Shown: positions 27,949-36,987 of the stretch, piece by piece | How positions within the stretch are numbered: position 1 is the stretch's first letter | Layout of the letters: each line of letters begins with the position of its first letter | Translations under genes and position numbers: made by a program | From: a virus | Lineage: Duplodnaviria; Caudoviricetes | Strand: one strand, 5' to 3' | DNA length: 64,000 bases | Virus record (IMG/VR): IMGVR_UViG_3300037419_000693 | Location: 780 to 64,779 of that record | Notes under the pieces: generated by a model | Seen by the model: only the letters and a program-made list of their open reading frames with translations | Told to the model about the DNA's origin: nothing | Database searches by the model: none

Positions 27949-28621
27949 AGGTCTCAGTATCATAATACCGGCGGCGGGAATCGGCAGACGAATGAAGTCG
28001 CACGGTCCCAAGCCGTTGATGGAGCTAACCAGACAGCAAACCATCATCAGTCGTCAACTGAAGCTTATCGAACAGCACTATCCCTATGCCGAAGTAATAG
28101 TGGTTGTTGGCTTCGAAGCCGAAGAAATGATTAAGCGTCTCCCATCCTATGTCAGAGTTGTAGAAAACGAAAGATACGAAGAAACCAACGTGACGCGAAG
28201 TTTGGGTATGGGCTTACGAGTCATGGATTCCTCGAACAACCTGCTAGTGATATACGGAGACTTAGTTTTTAATGCAAACGCCATCAAGAAAGTTGTTGGT
28301 CAAGACAGCGTAATCGTCGTCGACAATCGCGACCAATTCGATACCGATGAAGTCGGCGTCACGGTAGCGGACGGCAGAATCACTCAGTTCAACTACGGGC
28401 TGACAACCAAGTGGGCACAGATAGCATACCTCACCAAGCCCGAACTCGCCCTATTCAAACAAATCGCCGGTTCCAACGAGACCCGCAAATGGTTCGGATT
28501 CGAGACATTGAATAAGGTCATCAATATGGGCGGTAAATTGAGAGTAATGGAGCCGAACCGCATGAAAATCGTAGAGGTGGACACCCCTCAGAATCTCGAC
28601 AAGGCTAGAATGATACAATGA
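27935..28621 (+). CDS. sugar/choline-phosphate nucleotidyltransferase (NTP_transferase family)
   Basis: IIIPAAGIGRRMKSHGPKPLM, VVVGF, IYGDLVF, EVDTPQNL. Confidence 0.9.
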   Translation: MLRTKGLSIIIPAAGIGRRMKSHGPKPLMELTRQQTIISRQLKLIEQHYPYAEVIVVVGFEAEEMIKRLPSYVRVVENERYEETNVTRSLGMGLRVMDSSNNLLVIYGDLVFNANAIKKVVGQDSVIVVDNRDQFDTDEVGVTVADGRITQFNYGLTTKWAQIAYLTKPELALFKQIAGSNETRKWFGFETLNKVINMGGKLRVMEPNRMKIVEVDTPQNLDKARMIQ

Positions 28622-29403
28622 AAATATTGATTGAACAACAAGCGGCTAGGGAAGGGTTCCTAGCCGTACTCAAACAGCTAGGCCATGACGTAATAGTCTA
28701 CGACCCGGATAGAAAGCCCTCGTTCGACGCCTTCGACGAGTCCTCTCCAGATATCTACGTAGGACGGGAAGACAGACCTCGCTATCGAGCGGTTGGCAAG
28801 TGCCTGAAGGAATATAGAAGAACCAAGCCGTTCTACGCCACCGACGAATTCCTCTGTGCAGCCGACGCAATCGCCAGTGCCGCCAACAAGATTGAGTCGT
28901 CGCTCAAGACCGACGTCGTCTTCATCGGGGACCATTCCCCCGCCTTCGATAAGCACATCGCTCTCCTGACCGAAACGCGTGCGAAGCTGAAAATCTTCGG
29001 TCGTGGTTGGAGCATCCCCGAAGCGGTGGGTGACCTTGCCCCTAGCAGGGTCGGGAACGCCCTCAGTTCAGCCGAGATAGCGTTGAATCTGGTCGGACCG
29101 GACATGAGTCTATACCTGTACCAAATCCTTATCTCGGGAACATTCTGTGTGAGTGTTCCGCTGGACCACTCACCTACAAATGCCATTGGTTACTTCTCGT
29201 CGCCTAAGCAACTAGTTGAATCCGTCAGCAACATGCTCGACAAGAAAAACTCCAAGGGGCGAATCGCTAACGGGCTGGCCGCTCGTCGCGACGTGCTCAC
29301 AAGCGACACTTACTTCCACAGAGTCGCCAAGATGTTTGATTTGCTCGGGTTGAAAACTGAAGCCGAAAGGACAATGGGTCTCCATGCTAATCAAGGATTA
29401 TGA
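28618..29403 (+). CDS. CgeB-like GT-B family protein
   Basis: DVVFIG, KIFGRGW, ALSSAEIALN, HT-like DTYFHRVAKMF C-terminus. Confidence 0.7.
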   Translation: MKILIEQQAAREGFLAVLKQLGHDVIVYDPDRKPSFDAFDESSPDIYVGREDRPRYRAVGKCLKEYRRTKPFYATDEFLCAADAIASAANKIESSLKTDVVFIGDHSPAFDKHIALLTETRAKLKIFGRGWSIPEAVGDLAPSRVGNALSSAEIALNLVGPDMSLYLYQILISGTFCVSVPLDHSPTNAIGYFSSPKQLVESVSNMLDKKNSKGRIANGLAARRDVLTSDTYFHRVAKMFDLLGLKTEAERTMGLHANQGL

Positions 29404-30088
29404 CCGCATCGTGGTGCTGGTTGTAGACCATCGCTACCACACAGAAGTCCCCCGCATTCAGAAGCTAATCGCTTCCAAGGGAGGCAGGGAAGTTGTCCCG
29501 TTTGTCGATGGCGACGGCAAGCTTCTTTCCCGCCAGTTGTATGGGCAGATTAGTCCGCGACCATCGGCGGATTGGAAGGATTCGGACAAGACGTACTCTC
29601 AGCTAATAGCCATCCGGACTATTCTCCAACAGGCAAAGCATGACGGCGTCCGCAATCTCCTCTTTCTTGAGGATGACGTGGACTTTACTCCTGAGTTCGA
29701 TGAGGTTGTCGCTAAGGCCACAAAGCAGATTGACAAGCTTACGACATTCATCCCAACCAAGCATGCCCCCCTGCCTGATTGGGACATGTTGTATTACGGG
29801 GCGAACCATACGTGGCACCGCACTGACGAGTTGAGCGAGAACGTTCTTGGTCTTAATGGTAGCTACTGTCTCCATTGTGTCGGCATCCGTCGCCGTATGT
29901 TTGACCCACTTTTGAGTCTCCCAGACGAAAAAGTGATGGATTGGATGATTTCCAAGAACATCCACCACCAATACAACTGCTACGCTATCTGGCCCTCAAT
30001 AGCAATCCAACGGCCGGGCCATTCGTACCTCAACGGTAGTCATCAAGACTATACCGAATGGTTCAAAAACAAAGGGACAAACCATTGA
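29384..30088 (+). CDS. GT25-like glycosyltransferase
   Basis: LFLEDDVDF, WDMLYYG, CLHCVGI, WPSIAIQRPG.S. Confidence 0.75.
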   Translation: MLIKDYDRIVVLVVDHRYHTEVPRIQKLIASKGGREVVPFVDGDGKLLSRQLYGQISPRPSADWKDSDKTYSQLIAIRTILQQAKHDGVRNLLFLEDDVDFTPEFDEVVAKATKQIDKLTTFIPTKHAPLPDWDMLYYGANHTWHRTDELSENVLGLNGSYCLHCVGIRRRMFDPLLSLPDEKVMDWMISKNIHHQYNCYAIWPSIAIQRPGHSYLNGSHQDYTEWFKNKGTNH

Positions 30089-30558
30089 TTAAGACTGGCG
30101 TCTTACTAAACAACCTTGGGCGAAACCAACTCGCCCATGGTTTCATTCACAGCATCAACAACTATCTCGAAAGCTATGACGGCGTAGACGTTATCTCTTT
30201 CGTAGAGAACGTGGTCCATCCATGCACCACACCCAAATTCGCAGTAATGAATCTCAACGAGGCGTGGGAGTATGACGGCTTGGTCGTGGCAACTAGCTTG
30301 TCGACAGCCGAGAAGGCTTTGATATTTCCCGCTCCGAAGCGTCGACTGTTCTATGTGTGGGACATGGAATGGATGAGGGCAGGCGACAGAGATTTTGACT
30401 ACTTCCAAAGCATTTATGGCAACCCGAAACTTGACCTTATTGCCCGGAGCGACACATATGCGAAAATCATAGAGCGATGTTGGAACCGACCCGTCAAAGC
30501 CGTGGTCGAGAATTGCGACGTCGGAGAGTTGATTCGTTATGGCCAAGCTAAGAACTAA
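30085..30558 (+). CDS. hypothetical protein resembling a GT-B N-terminal domain
   Basis: DGLVVATSLSTA, RRLFYVWDMEW, LIARSDT; TTG start overlapping the upstream TGA. Confidence 0.5.
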   Translation: MIKTGVLLNNLGRNQLAHGFIHSINNYLESYDGVDVISFVENVVHPCTTPKFAVMNLNEAWEYDGLVVATSLSTAEKALIFPAPKRRLFYVWDMEWMRAGDRDFDYFQSIYGNPKLDLIARSDTYAKIIERCWNRPVKAVVENCDVGELIRYGQAKN

Positions 30559-31300
30559 AGCCTATTACAAAACAGAATACGTAGACAAAGAAAGAAGTCC
30601 CGCCGACATTGCCGATGAGCACAACACCTACCCCAACAAAATTAGGCGTGAGATTCGAGCCTTTGGCTTCGCACTTAGAGATAAGAGCGAGGCCCAAAAG
30701 GCGGCTATCAAGAACGGGCGACATCTCCACCCTACAAAGGGAAAAACAAGAGATATTACGGTCCGTCACAAAATCAGTGCATCGATGGCTCGGGTGTGGG
30801 ACGATATGAGTGACGCTGAGAGACAGCGTCGTATTGATATCGGTCGCCAGCAATGGGATAAGATGCCCAAGTCGAAGAAAGAAGAGTTCAAGAAGCTTGC
30901 CGCCAAGGCTGTGCGTGACGCCAGTGAACATGGTTCCAAGCTTGAACAGTTCATCCGAGACAAGCTTGTTGCGATTGAGTTCCATGTAGAGTTCCACCCA
31001 ACGATAGATGACCATAAGGTTGATTTATACTTGGAGCATGAGGGTGTTGTAATCGACATCCATGGGCCGACACACTTTCTCCCGATTTGGGGAGAAGACT
31101 ATCTGCTGAAGCGTCAAGAGGAAGATGGGAGGAAGATAAAGGCGTTCATTGATAAGGGGCTAACCTTTATCAGAGTGGTGCATGCAGCAAAGACAATCTC
31201 CGAAGTAGATAAGATTGTCCTGCTAGAGAGGATTGTTAGTTATGTTGCGAATCCACCAAAGAAGAAAAAAGACAAACTTATCCAACTAGAGGTTCAATAA
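30539..31300 (+). CDS. endonuclease with basic N-terminal DNA-binding repeats and C-terminal DUF559-like domain
   Basis: KGKTR..VRHKISASM NUMOD3-like segment; SKLEQFI, KVDLYL...VIDIHGPTHF. Confidence 0.7.
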   Translation: MAKLRTKAYYKTEYVDKERSPADIADEHNTYPNKIRREIRAFGFALRDKSEAQKAAIKNGRHLHPTKGKTRDITVRHKISASMARVWDDMSDAERQRRIDIGRQQWDKMPKSKKEEFKKLAAKAVRDASEHGSKLEQFIRDKLVAIEFHVEFHPTIDDHKVDLYLEHEGVVIDIHGPTHFLPIWGEDYLLKRQEEDGRKIKAFIDKGLTFIRVVHAAKTISEVDKIVLLERIVSYVANPPKKKKDKLIQLEVQ

Positions 31301-32001
31301 TGGCAAAAGCAAAAACAGAAACAGTCGTCGAAACTAAAGCCGCACGTCCAGCCATGCACTCGCCTGAGTGGAATGATTGGGTGTTAGACCAATTGCGAGA
31401 CGATGAAAAAGACCCTGATGGAAATCCCAACGTTGATGGGCTTAGACGTCTAGCTGAAGAAATTCTCGGTACTGTGATTGAGAGTTACTCAAGAGTAGTT
31501 GAGGGAGCGACTACGGCAAACAGCTTTCGTGCCACGGTTGAGCACCATCTGGTTATTGCTTGGGGTGGCGACAGAGACGATTTAAGAAAGTTTGGAGCGG
31601 CTGCGGATGTGTATCCGGGGAATACCGATGAATCCTACGCACGCTTTCCAACCGCAACAGCCGACACAAGAGCGGAAGGTAGGGCAATCAGAAAAGCTTT
31701 GCGGCTACGTAGAGTTGTGACGGCAGAAGAGATTACGTCTCTACCAGTGCATGAATCCGGTCTCGATAAGCTTATTGTGGATTCACAAATTAAGGGTATT
31801 AACAAACTGTGTAAGAATCTCAATATCAACGCCATTAAATTCATCAACAGTGGGAAGAATTCGTACGCCCACCACACACACATAAGATACGACAATGCCT
31901 TGACCATGTTGGAGTATCTCAATCGTTACTTACAAGACCCAAATAAGATTCCGGACAGTATTAAGGGGTATCAGGAAAATTGGAGAAATGCGACGAAGTG
32001 A
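31300..32001 (+). CDS. putative Rad52/Sak-like single-strand annealing protein
   Basis: VDGLRRLAEEILG...ATVEH...FGAAADV...TATADTRAEGRAIRKAL resembles the Rad52-fold core. Confidence 0.5.
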   Translation: MAKAKTETVVETKAARPAMHSPEWNDWVLDQLRDDEKDPDGNPNVDGLRRLAEEILGTVIESYSRVVEGATTANSFRATVEHHLVIAWGGDRDDLRKFGAAADVYPGNTDESYARFPTATADTRAEGRAIRKALRLRRVVTAEEITSLPVHESGLDKLIVDSQIKGINKLCKNLNINAIKFINSGKNSYAHHTHIRYDNALTMLEYLNRYLQDPNKIPDSIKGYQENWRNATK

Positions 32002-32480
32002 TTAAGTCTGGCGAGCCAACCGTTCTTCCATACTCACAACATAAACTTTATAGGGTGTGGAAGACGATGATTAATCGTTGTCATCTACCAGAATCACACA
32101 AATACCATAGGTATGGTGCTAGAGGTATTAAAGTGTGTAGTGCGTGGAGAAACTCATACCACAAATTCTATTCTTGGATGATGGATAACGGTTGGCAGCC
32201 TGGACTTTCTATCGAAAGAAAAGATAACAACGGCAATTACACGCCAAGTAATTGCAAGTTAGCCACCAACAAAGAACAGGCGAATAATACATCCACAAAT
32301 AGGATATTACACGCTTTCGGACAATCTAAAACCATGGCTGAATGGGCTGACAGCCCACAATGCAAGGTTGTGTACTACTCATTAGCTAGTAGAATTAGCA
32401 GGGGATGGGATGTAGAAAAAGCCATATCCCAACCCCCAAGACCACTCAAACGAAAGGTGAAAAATGCCATTCAAAAATGA
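31998..32480 (+). CDS. HNH-type homing endonuclease
   Basis: YRVWKTMINRC, YHRYGARGIKVC, SIERKDNNGNYTPSNCKLAT.KEQANN; AT-rich. Confidence 0.8.
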   Translation: MIKSGEPTVLPYSQHKLYRVWKTMINRCHLPESHKYHRYGARGIKVCSAWRNSYHKFYSWMMDNGWQPGLSIERKDNNGNYTPSNCKLATNKEQANNTSTNRILHAFGQSKTMAEWADSPQCKVVYYSLASRISRGWDVEKAISQPPRPLKRKVKNAIQK

Positions 32481-33003
32481 ACCGCAAGAGGTAAGAATCT
32501 ACAAGCCCAACATGAAGGGTAATGGGGCTGCCTCTAAACTACAGCTTCGCACCAAGCAAAAGGCCGTCACAAGCCGTGAAGGCAGGGAAATTAACATCGA
32601 TGTCGTGATGATTTTCTGGGAGTCCGCCCAACAGACTGGCAAGGACGGTAACGGCAATGCCTCCTTCGCTTGGGACGATGATTCTAAAAAAGTTGCTATC
32701 AAACTTGGGGATGCTGATATTGCGGAAATTTTGGCTGTGCTATCTCGTCAGAAGGACTACGCTGGACCGCCCCCAAAAGCGGGGGCGTCGTTTCCTCCCG
32801 GCTTATTTCACAAATCACCTAAAGGCAATTCCACCTTTAGTCTAACCCGTAATGAGAATGGTGGACTGAATGTTCGCCTCAGTGCTCAGAAACAGGGGCA
32901 ACAGGGCACGATTGCCGTCGCCCACAGCATCACGATTGGTGAGGGGGAAATCATCTCCACCCTACTAAGGGCGGCACTAGTAAAGAAGTATGGATGGAAC
33001 TAA
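32464..33003 (+). CDS. putative Whirly-fold ssDNA-binding protein
   Basis: IYKPNMKGNGAASKL; FAWDDDSKKVAIKLGDADIAEIL; LFHKSPKG; ITIGEGEII parallel the order of Whirly motifs (IYKGKAAL; YDWSKKQVFSLSVTEIG; FFHDP; ITRAEF). Confidence 0.55.
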   Translation: MPFKNEPQEVRIYKPNMKGNGAASKLQLRTKQKAVTSREGREINIDVVMIFWESAQQTGKDGNGNASFAWDDDSKKVAIKLGDADIAEILAVLSRQKDYAGPPPKAGASFPPGLFHKSPKGNSTFSLTRNENGGLNVRLSAQKQGQQGTIAVAHSITIGEGEIISTLLRAALVKKYGWN

Positions 33004-33015
33004 CACGAGTCTGAG

Positions 33016-33046
33016 GAACGGGGTGGGCAACCACCCCGTTCTTGTT
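33016..33046 (+). terminator. Rho-independent terminator
   Basis: 11-bp stem GAACGGGGTGG/CCACCCCGTTC with GCAA tetraloop, followed by TTGTT. Confidence 0.75.
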
Positions 33047-33073
33047 GACGGACCCATAAACTGGACCTAGACT
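33045..33073 (+). promoter_or_regulatory. sigma70-type promoter
   Basis: TTGACG (33045-50), 17-nt spacer, TAGACT (33068-73), directly after the terminator and ahead of a new operon. Confidence 0.55.
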
Positions 33074-33177
33074 GAGTATGATCGGACGACATCACAGAAG
33101 CATCCACGGAACGTAGATCGTTTAACGAGGGGATGTCATCGCTCGTGACTCAGAAACACTTAAAACAGGAACTAGAA

Positions 33178-33429
33178 ATGCCGAAGGAAAAAACAATGGC
33201 CACTGACATCATCCGCAAAGATATTACTACAGAACTCTACCGCGAATACGACTTTGGCGGGAGAGTCTATCGTATCGACTTTCCCGTCACTCTATACTAC
33301 CGCGAAGGGGGCACAACCCATCGCGTGGTTGATGGCAAGGGAGTTGCCCACTGCGTACCCATCCCCGGTGCGTTCGGATGCGTGCTACGTTGGCAGAACA
33401 AAAACAAAGACAATCCTGTCGAGTTCTGA
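33178..33429 (+). CDS. hypothetical protein
   Basis: AGGA upstream of ATG 33178 (alternative starts 33133 and 33197). Confidence 0.6.
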   Translation: MPKEKTMATDIIRKDITTELYREYDFGGRVYRIDFPVTLYYREGGTTHRVVDGKGVAHCVPIPGAFGCVLRWQNKNKDNPVEF

Positions 33430-33662
33430 TGAAAAAATACGACCGACTAGCCGGGGTTCCTCCCGGCTATTACTACCTAGTGCGAGTCATCCAATTCTCA
33501 GACTTCGAAGTCCCCTACAAGGATGAAATCCTGTTTGTGGCAAAAGAGAAGGTGGAATTAGTCGACCTTTGCAAAGAAAAGCAATGGTATTGCAGCGAAT
33601 ACAACCCCCAAAAGAGTAGCTGGCTTGAATACGCAATCCAACAACATAAACCTAGTCGTTGA
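33429..33662 (+). CDS. hypothetical protein
   Basis: TGATG coupling. Confidence 0.5.
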   Translation: MKKYDRLAGVPPGYYYLVRVIQFSDFEVPYKDEILFVAKEKVELVDLCKEKQWYCSEYNPQKSSWLEYAIQQHKPSR

Positions 33663-34545
33663 GACCGACTTGGGGCACGACCCCGACGACTTCTTTACGA
33701 TTTGCTACCTCATCTCGGCGGGTGTTAAAATCCGCCACATCTCCATCTGTCCCGGCGACCCCGACCAAGTAGCTTTGGCCGACTTTATCCGCGACTTCAC
33801 CGAACAAGACTTCACCATCGGCGTCAGCCACATCGATAGGCTGTGCCAATGCGGCGAAAAGGACTGTCCGAGGAAGTTCTCGTCTGGCGGCATCCACCAC
33901 AAACTTCTCAAGAGGTTTGGCAGACCGCTCGACCGCATAGCCGATGGAGAGGGACACCAACTCATCGAGAAGGCTTGCTTTGAGTTCGACAACCTAGAAG
34001 CCCTAGTCATCGGCCCCGCCACTTGTCTAGCTTTCGCCGTCAAACACCTGTACGCGAAACCAATCAAAAGAATCACCGTCCAGGGCGGCTTCCTAGGCTA
34101 CCACCAGCATGAATTTCCCTGCCTTCGTCTTCCCAAGTTTGAGGGTCTGTCGTGGTGCCCGACCTTCAACCTCAACGGAGACCGCAAAGCGGCCATTACC
34201 CTTGCCGAATCGGGTATCCCGCTCCAATACGTTTCCAAGAACGTGTGCCACACCATTGAGTTCGACCGAAACCGCTTCTCAGAATTTTTTGCTAAGCCGT
34301 CGTGTGCCGCATCAGAGTTGTTCATGGAGGCTGGCAGGTTCTATTTCGAGAAGCATGACAGCAAAAAATTCCATGACCCTACGGCCGCTGTCTGCCACCT
34401 CCATCCCGAGATTGCGGATTGGGTGAGGGGCTACATGGTGAAAATCGAAGGTGGGTGGGGAACCGTGCTCGACCCGAGCGGTCACCACATCATTGCCGAC
34501 ATCAACCGTCACCTACTGTGGAAACATCTATCGGAGTTCTCATGA
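33625..34545 (+). CDS. inosine/uridine-preferring nucleoside hydrolase family protein
   Basis: ETDLGHDPDD aspartate cluster, IGPATCL, QGG, FNLNGD, KNVCH, FHDPTAAV. Confidence 0.85.
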   Translation: MNTQSNNINLVVETDLGHDPDDFFTICYLISAGVKIRHISICPGDPDQVALADFIRDFTEQDFTIGVSHIDRLCQCGEKDCPRKFSSGGIHHKLLKRFGRPLDRIADGEGHQLIEKACFEFDNLEALVIGPATCLAFAVKHLYAKPIKRITVQGGFLGYHQHEFPCLRLPKFEGLSWCPTFNLNGDRKAAITLAESGIPLQYVSKNVCHTIEFDRNRFSEFFAKPSCAASELFMEAGRFYFEKHDSKKFHDPTAAVCHLHPEIADWVRGYMVKIEGGWGTVLDPSGHHIIADINRHLLWKHLSEFS

Positions 34546-34847
34546 GCGAGCCAGCGTGGACTGACGCACCGACCGGGCCGGGATTTTATTGGTGGCTCGC
34601 CCCAACTCGGACAGACAACAAAAGCAACTTCCCCACCATAGTTTTGGTTGTGGATGGGACAGTCGCGTCCCTAGAAGAAATGAAAATCGTACAGATAGAT
34701 GACATGGTCGGTAAGTGGCTGCATATACCGCCACCGCTAAACGACATTGCAAAGTGTATGATGTGTAGAACCGTCTTTCTTCACAAGGGAGAGTTCGGAG
34801 TGCTCTGTTCTAGGGAATGCAAAGAAAAGTTTAGCAAAACGTGGTAG
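34542..34847 (+). CDS. hypothetical protein with C-terminal Cys motif
   Basis: WTDAPTGPGFYWW; CMMC...CSREC; ATGA coupling. Confidence 0.55.
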   Translation: MSEPAWTDAPTGPGFYWWLAPTRTDNKSNFPTIVLVVDGTVASLEEMKIVQIDDMVGKWLHIPPPLNDIAKCMMCRTVFLHKGEFGVLCSRECKEKFSKTW

Positions 34848-34854
34848 ACCATCA

Positions 34855-35088
34855 ATGAAATTGAGATACGGCAATTGCCTTGTCGGGGCAATCATCCTCG
34901 CCTTCAAGTACCGATTTCGGGGACGAATCGTCCGCGTATCAGGGTTGGATGGAAGTTGCCCTCACTTTGTATATCAATTCGACGGGAATCTATACCATTA
35001 CAGGTTAAAGCGGGATATTCTCCCCTGGCCGTTCTGCTATTTACTGTTTGAAGGGAAATTCTCCCGTTACCGAAAGGTGGAACAATGA
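34855..35088 (+). CDS. small hypothetical protein
   Basis: NCLVGA...PHF..; 77 aa. Confidence 0.5.
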   Translation: MKLRYGNCLVGAIILAFKYRFRGRIVRVSGLDGSCPHFVYQFDGNLYHYRLKRDILPWPFCYLLFEGKFSRYRKVEQ

Positions 35089-35516
35089 CCGAAGAACGTG
35101 AAAAATATTGGAAGAAGTACAATAGCATCTTCTTTATTGCGAGACTTGCTGCCACCATTATGCTGTTCCATCAACAGCTAGGTTGGGAAACGCTTCCGAC
35201 ACTACTAAAGTGGTATGAATATTATTTCATAATCATGAACATTGGTGCGACCGGATGTGCGGGACTCGCAATCGCCTGGATAGTGTGTATGCTGCACAGC
35301 ATTCCCCACTTTGACAGAGATGACTTCCGGGCCATTGAACAAGAAACTCTCATGGCCCATCCGTTCAACACCCTGCTGAGCATGGCTGTCGTGGCCGGGA
35401 TTTGGCAGTTCGGACACCCAATACTGTCAGTCACGTACTTCGCCGTGCTGGTATTGATGGAAATGACTCAATCGTACTACAACCACTTGATGAGTAAAAT
35501 GGATGCCGGACACTGA
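35085..35516 (+). CDS. multi-pass membrane protein
   Basis: About four hydrophobic segments. Confidence 0.6.
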   Translation: MTEEREKYWKKYNSIFFIARLAATIMLFHQQLGWETLPTLLKWYEYYFIIMNIGATGCAGLAIAWIVCMLHSIPHFDRDDFRAIEQETLMAHPFNTLLSMAVVAGIWQFGHPILSVTYFAVLVLMEMTQSYYNHLMSKMDAGH

Positions 35517-36042
35517 TTTGAATCAAATGGATTGGGAGAGGCTTCGCAACGAAGCCTCGGCCTTACGACAGGCAATCAGATATCATCGCGATCAGAAGGG
35601 CGACGATAGATGTCATCTGGACGACGATAAACTGTACGAGGTCTTACCTGAAGGTAAGCCAACGGAACCTCGCACACTCCCTTGTAACTTTATGGAGAAT
35701 TGCAAGCGATTCTTTGAGGCACGTCAGAACGTGCCCTATAAGTCGGTTGACGAACTCTATGCACGATGGGATGGTGATAAGCCGTATCTCTCATCGGCAG
35801 AAATACAAGCCCTTATCGGACTCCTCAAACAAGCCTCTGAGGAGTTTAGCAATAATGGATGTAACGACCACCCACTCAAAAACACCGACGAGAATTGGAA
35901 GTTGTATCTTCGATATCTAGATTTCGTCGACGAAGAAGATGATGATGAAGACCGGGTCCGACCGCCGAAAAGGACGGCACTCTGCTTTTATGACTGGTTG
36001 CTTTGCGACTATTTCGTCTCAAAGTTAAAGGGGATGAAATAG
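35503..36042 (+). CDS. hypothetical protein
   Basis: AIRYHRDQKGDDRCHLDD..LY.VLPEG motif. Confidence 0.6.
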   Translation: MPDTDLNQMDWERLRNEASALRQAIRYHRDQKGDDRCHLDDDKLYEVLPEGKPTEPRTLPCNFMENCKRFFEARQNVPYKSVDELYARWDGDKPYLSSAEIQALIGLLKQASEEFSNNGCNDHPLKNTDENWKLYLRYLDFVDEEDDDEDRVRPPKRTALCFYDWLLCDYFVSKLKGMK

Positions 36043-36043
36043 C

Positions 36044-36250
36044 ATGCCCATTGTCGCACTACTCATCATGGCTGCCGCGGCAATCGCGTCTTGTGTGATT
36101 GTCTTGCTGCTTATTGTCGTCATCCCGATAACCACCATCTACTCGCTCATCTACTACCCATCGTGGGAAGTATTCGGCGGTGTGATATCATTCTACATCC
36201 CGCTCGGCTTCGCCGTACTTTGCTTCTATCTCCATAGGAAGGCGGGATGA
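36044..36250 (+). CDS. membrane microprotein 1 (68 aa)
   Basis: Two hydrophobic segments; GGGA upstream. Confidence 0.6.
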   Translation: MPIVALLIMAAAAIASCVIVLLLIVVIPITTIYSLIYYPSWEVFGGVISFYIPLGFAVLCFYLHRKAG

Positions 36251-36438
36251 ACCAACCACTTTGGATGCACTACAGCATCGTCATCATGTATCTGGTCGTC
36301 GCCACCCTGTCATGGTGCAGCCGCGAGTTCCGCAAAGAATTCGTAATCCCATGGCTGGCGTTGACGGCAGCCGCTCAATTCACGGTGGGGGCTATCGTGA
36401 GTGCTCTCGTCATCATCTATAGGACATTCTACCAATGA
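36247..36438 (+). CDS. membrane microprotein 2 (63 aa)
   Basis: Two hydrophobic segments separated by SREFRKEF; ATGA coupling. Confidence 0.65.
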   Translation: MNQPLWMHYSIVIMYLVVATLSWCSREFRKEFVIPWLALTAAAQFTVGAIVSALVIIYRTFYQ

Positions 36439-36611
36439 GAACAATCAAACGATTCGCCCAACTATGGTGTGCGGCGGTCCTGTTGGGGTGTATCGGCTTA
36501 CTCATAGCCAAATGTGTCGACGACACGGATTTTATGCTGAGCATGCTATTTTGTGTGTTCGCCATCTTTACGGGACTCTGTGTCGCCATCGCGACGGATG
36601 ATGAAATATGA
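36435..36611 (+). CDS. membrane microprotein 3 (58 aa, absent from ORF track)
   Basis: Translated by hand: MRTIKRFAQLWCAAVLLGCIGLLIAKCVDDTDFMLSMLFCVFAIFTGLCVAIATDDEI; ATGA overlaps at both ends. Confidence 0.65.
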   Translation: MRTIKRFAQLWCAAVLLGCIGLLIAKCVDDTDFMLSMLFCVFAIFTGLCVAIATDDEI

Positions 36612-36787
36612 GCAAGCTGATTGCGATTGTGTGGTTGATTATTGTGGCAATCATCTTGCTGGTAGTCACGACCATGCTCGCCTATAACAACGAACCCCTT
36701 CGCTGGGCACTGGCATTAGTAGTGTTCTGTGTCATGACGGCGTGGTCAGTTGTGAAGGTTCTGCCACCACCTAGAGGGTATTACTGA
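36608..36787 (+). CDS. membrane microprotein 4 (59 aa, absent from ORF track)
   Basis: Translated by hand: MSKLIAIVWLIIVAIILLVVTTMLAYNNEPLRWALALVVFCVMTAWSVVKVLPPPRGYY; ATGA and TGATG coupling. Confidence 0.65.
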   Translation: MSKLIAIVWLIIVAIILLVVTTMLAYNNEPLRWALALVVFCVMTAWSVVKVLPPPRGYY

Positions 36788-36987
36788 TGACGTTCAAACA
36801 ATGGGCAGCCGCAACTTGGCTCGTCACATTTTGCGTTGCTGTCGTCTCCATTCTTATCAGCATCTTAATGCGGATGCTAATTAATGACGAAGCCTTCCGC
36901 TACGCGGTAGCCGCCATGCTCGCAGTGGCGAGTCTTGCCGGCATCACACTATGGTCAATCCACGCCTTGGAAAAAAGACCATCATGA
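36787..36987 (+). CDS. membrane microprotein 5 (66 aa)
   Basis: Two hydrophobic segments separated by INDEAFR. Confidence 0.65.
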   Translation: MTFKQWAAATWLVTFCVAVVSILISILMRMLINDEAFRYAVAAMLAVASLAGITLWSIHALEKRPS

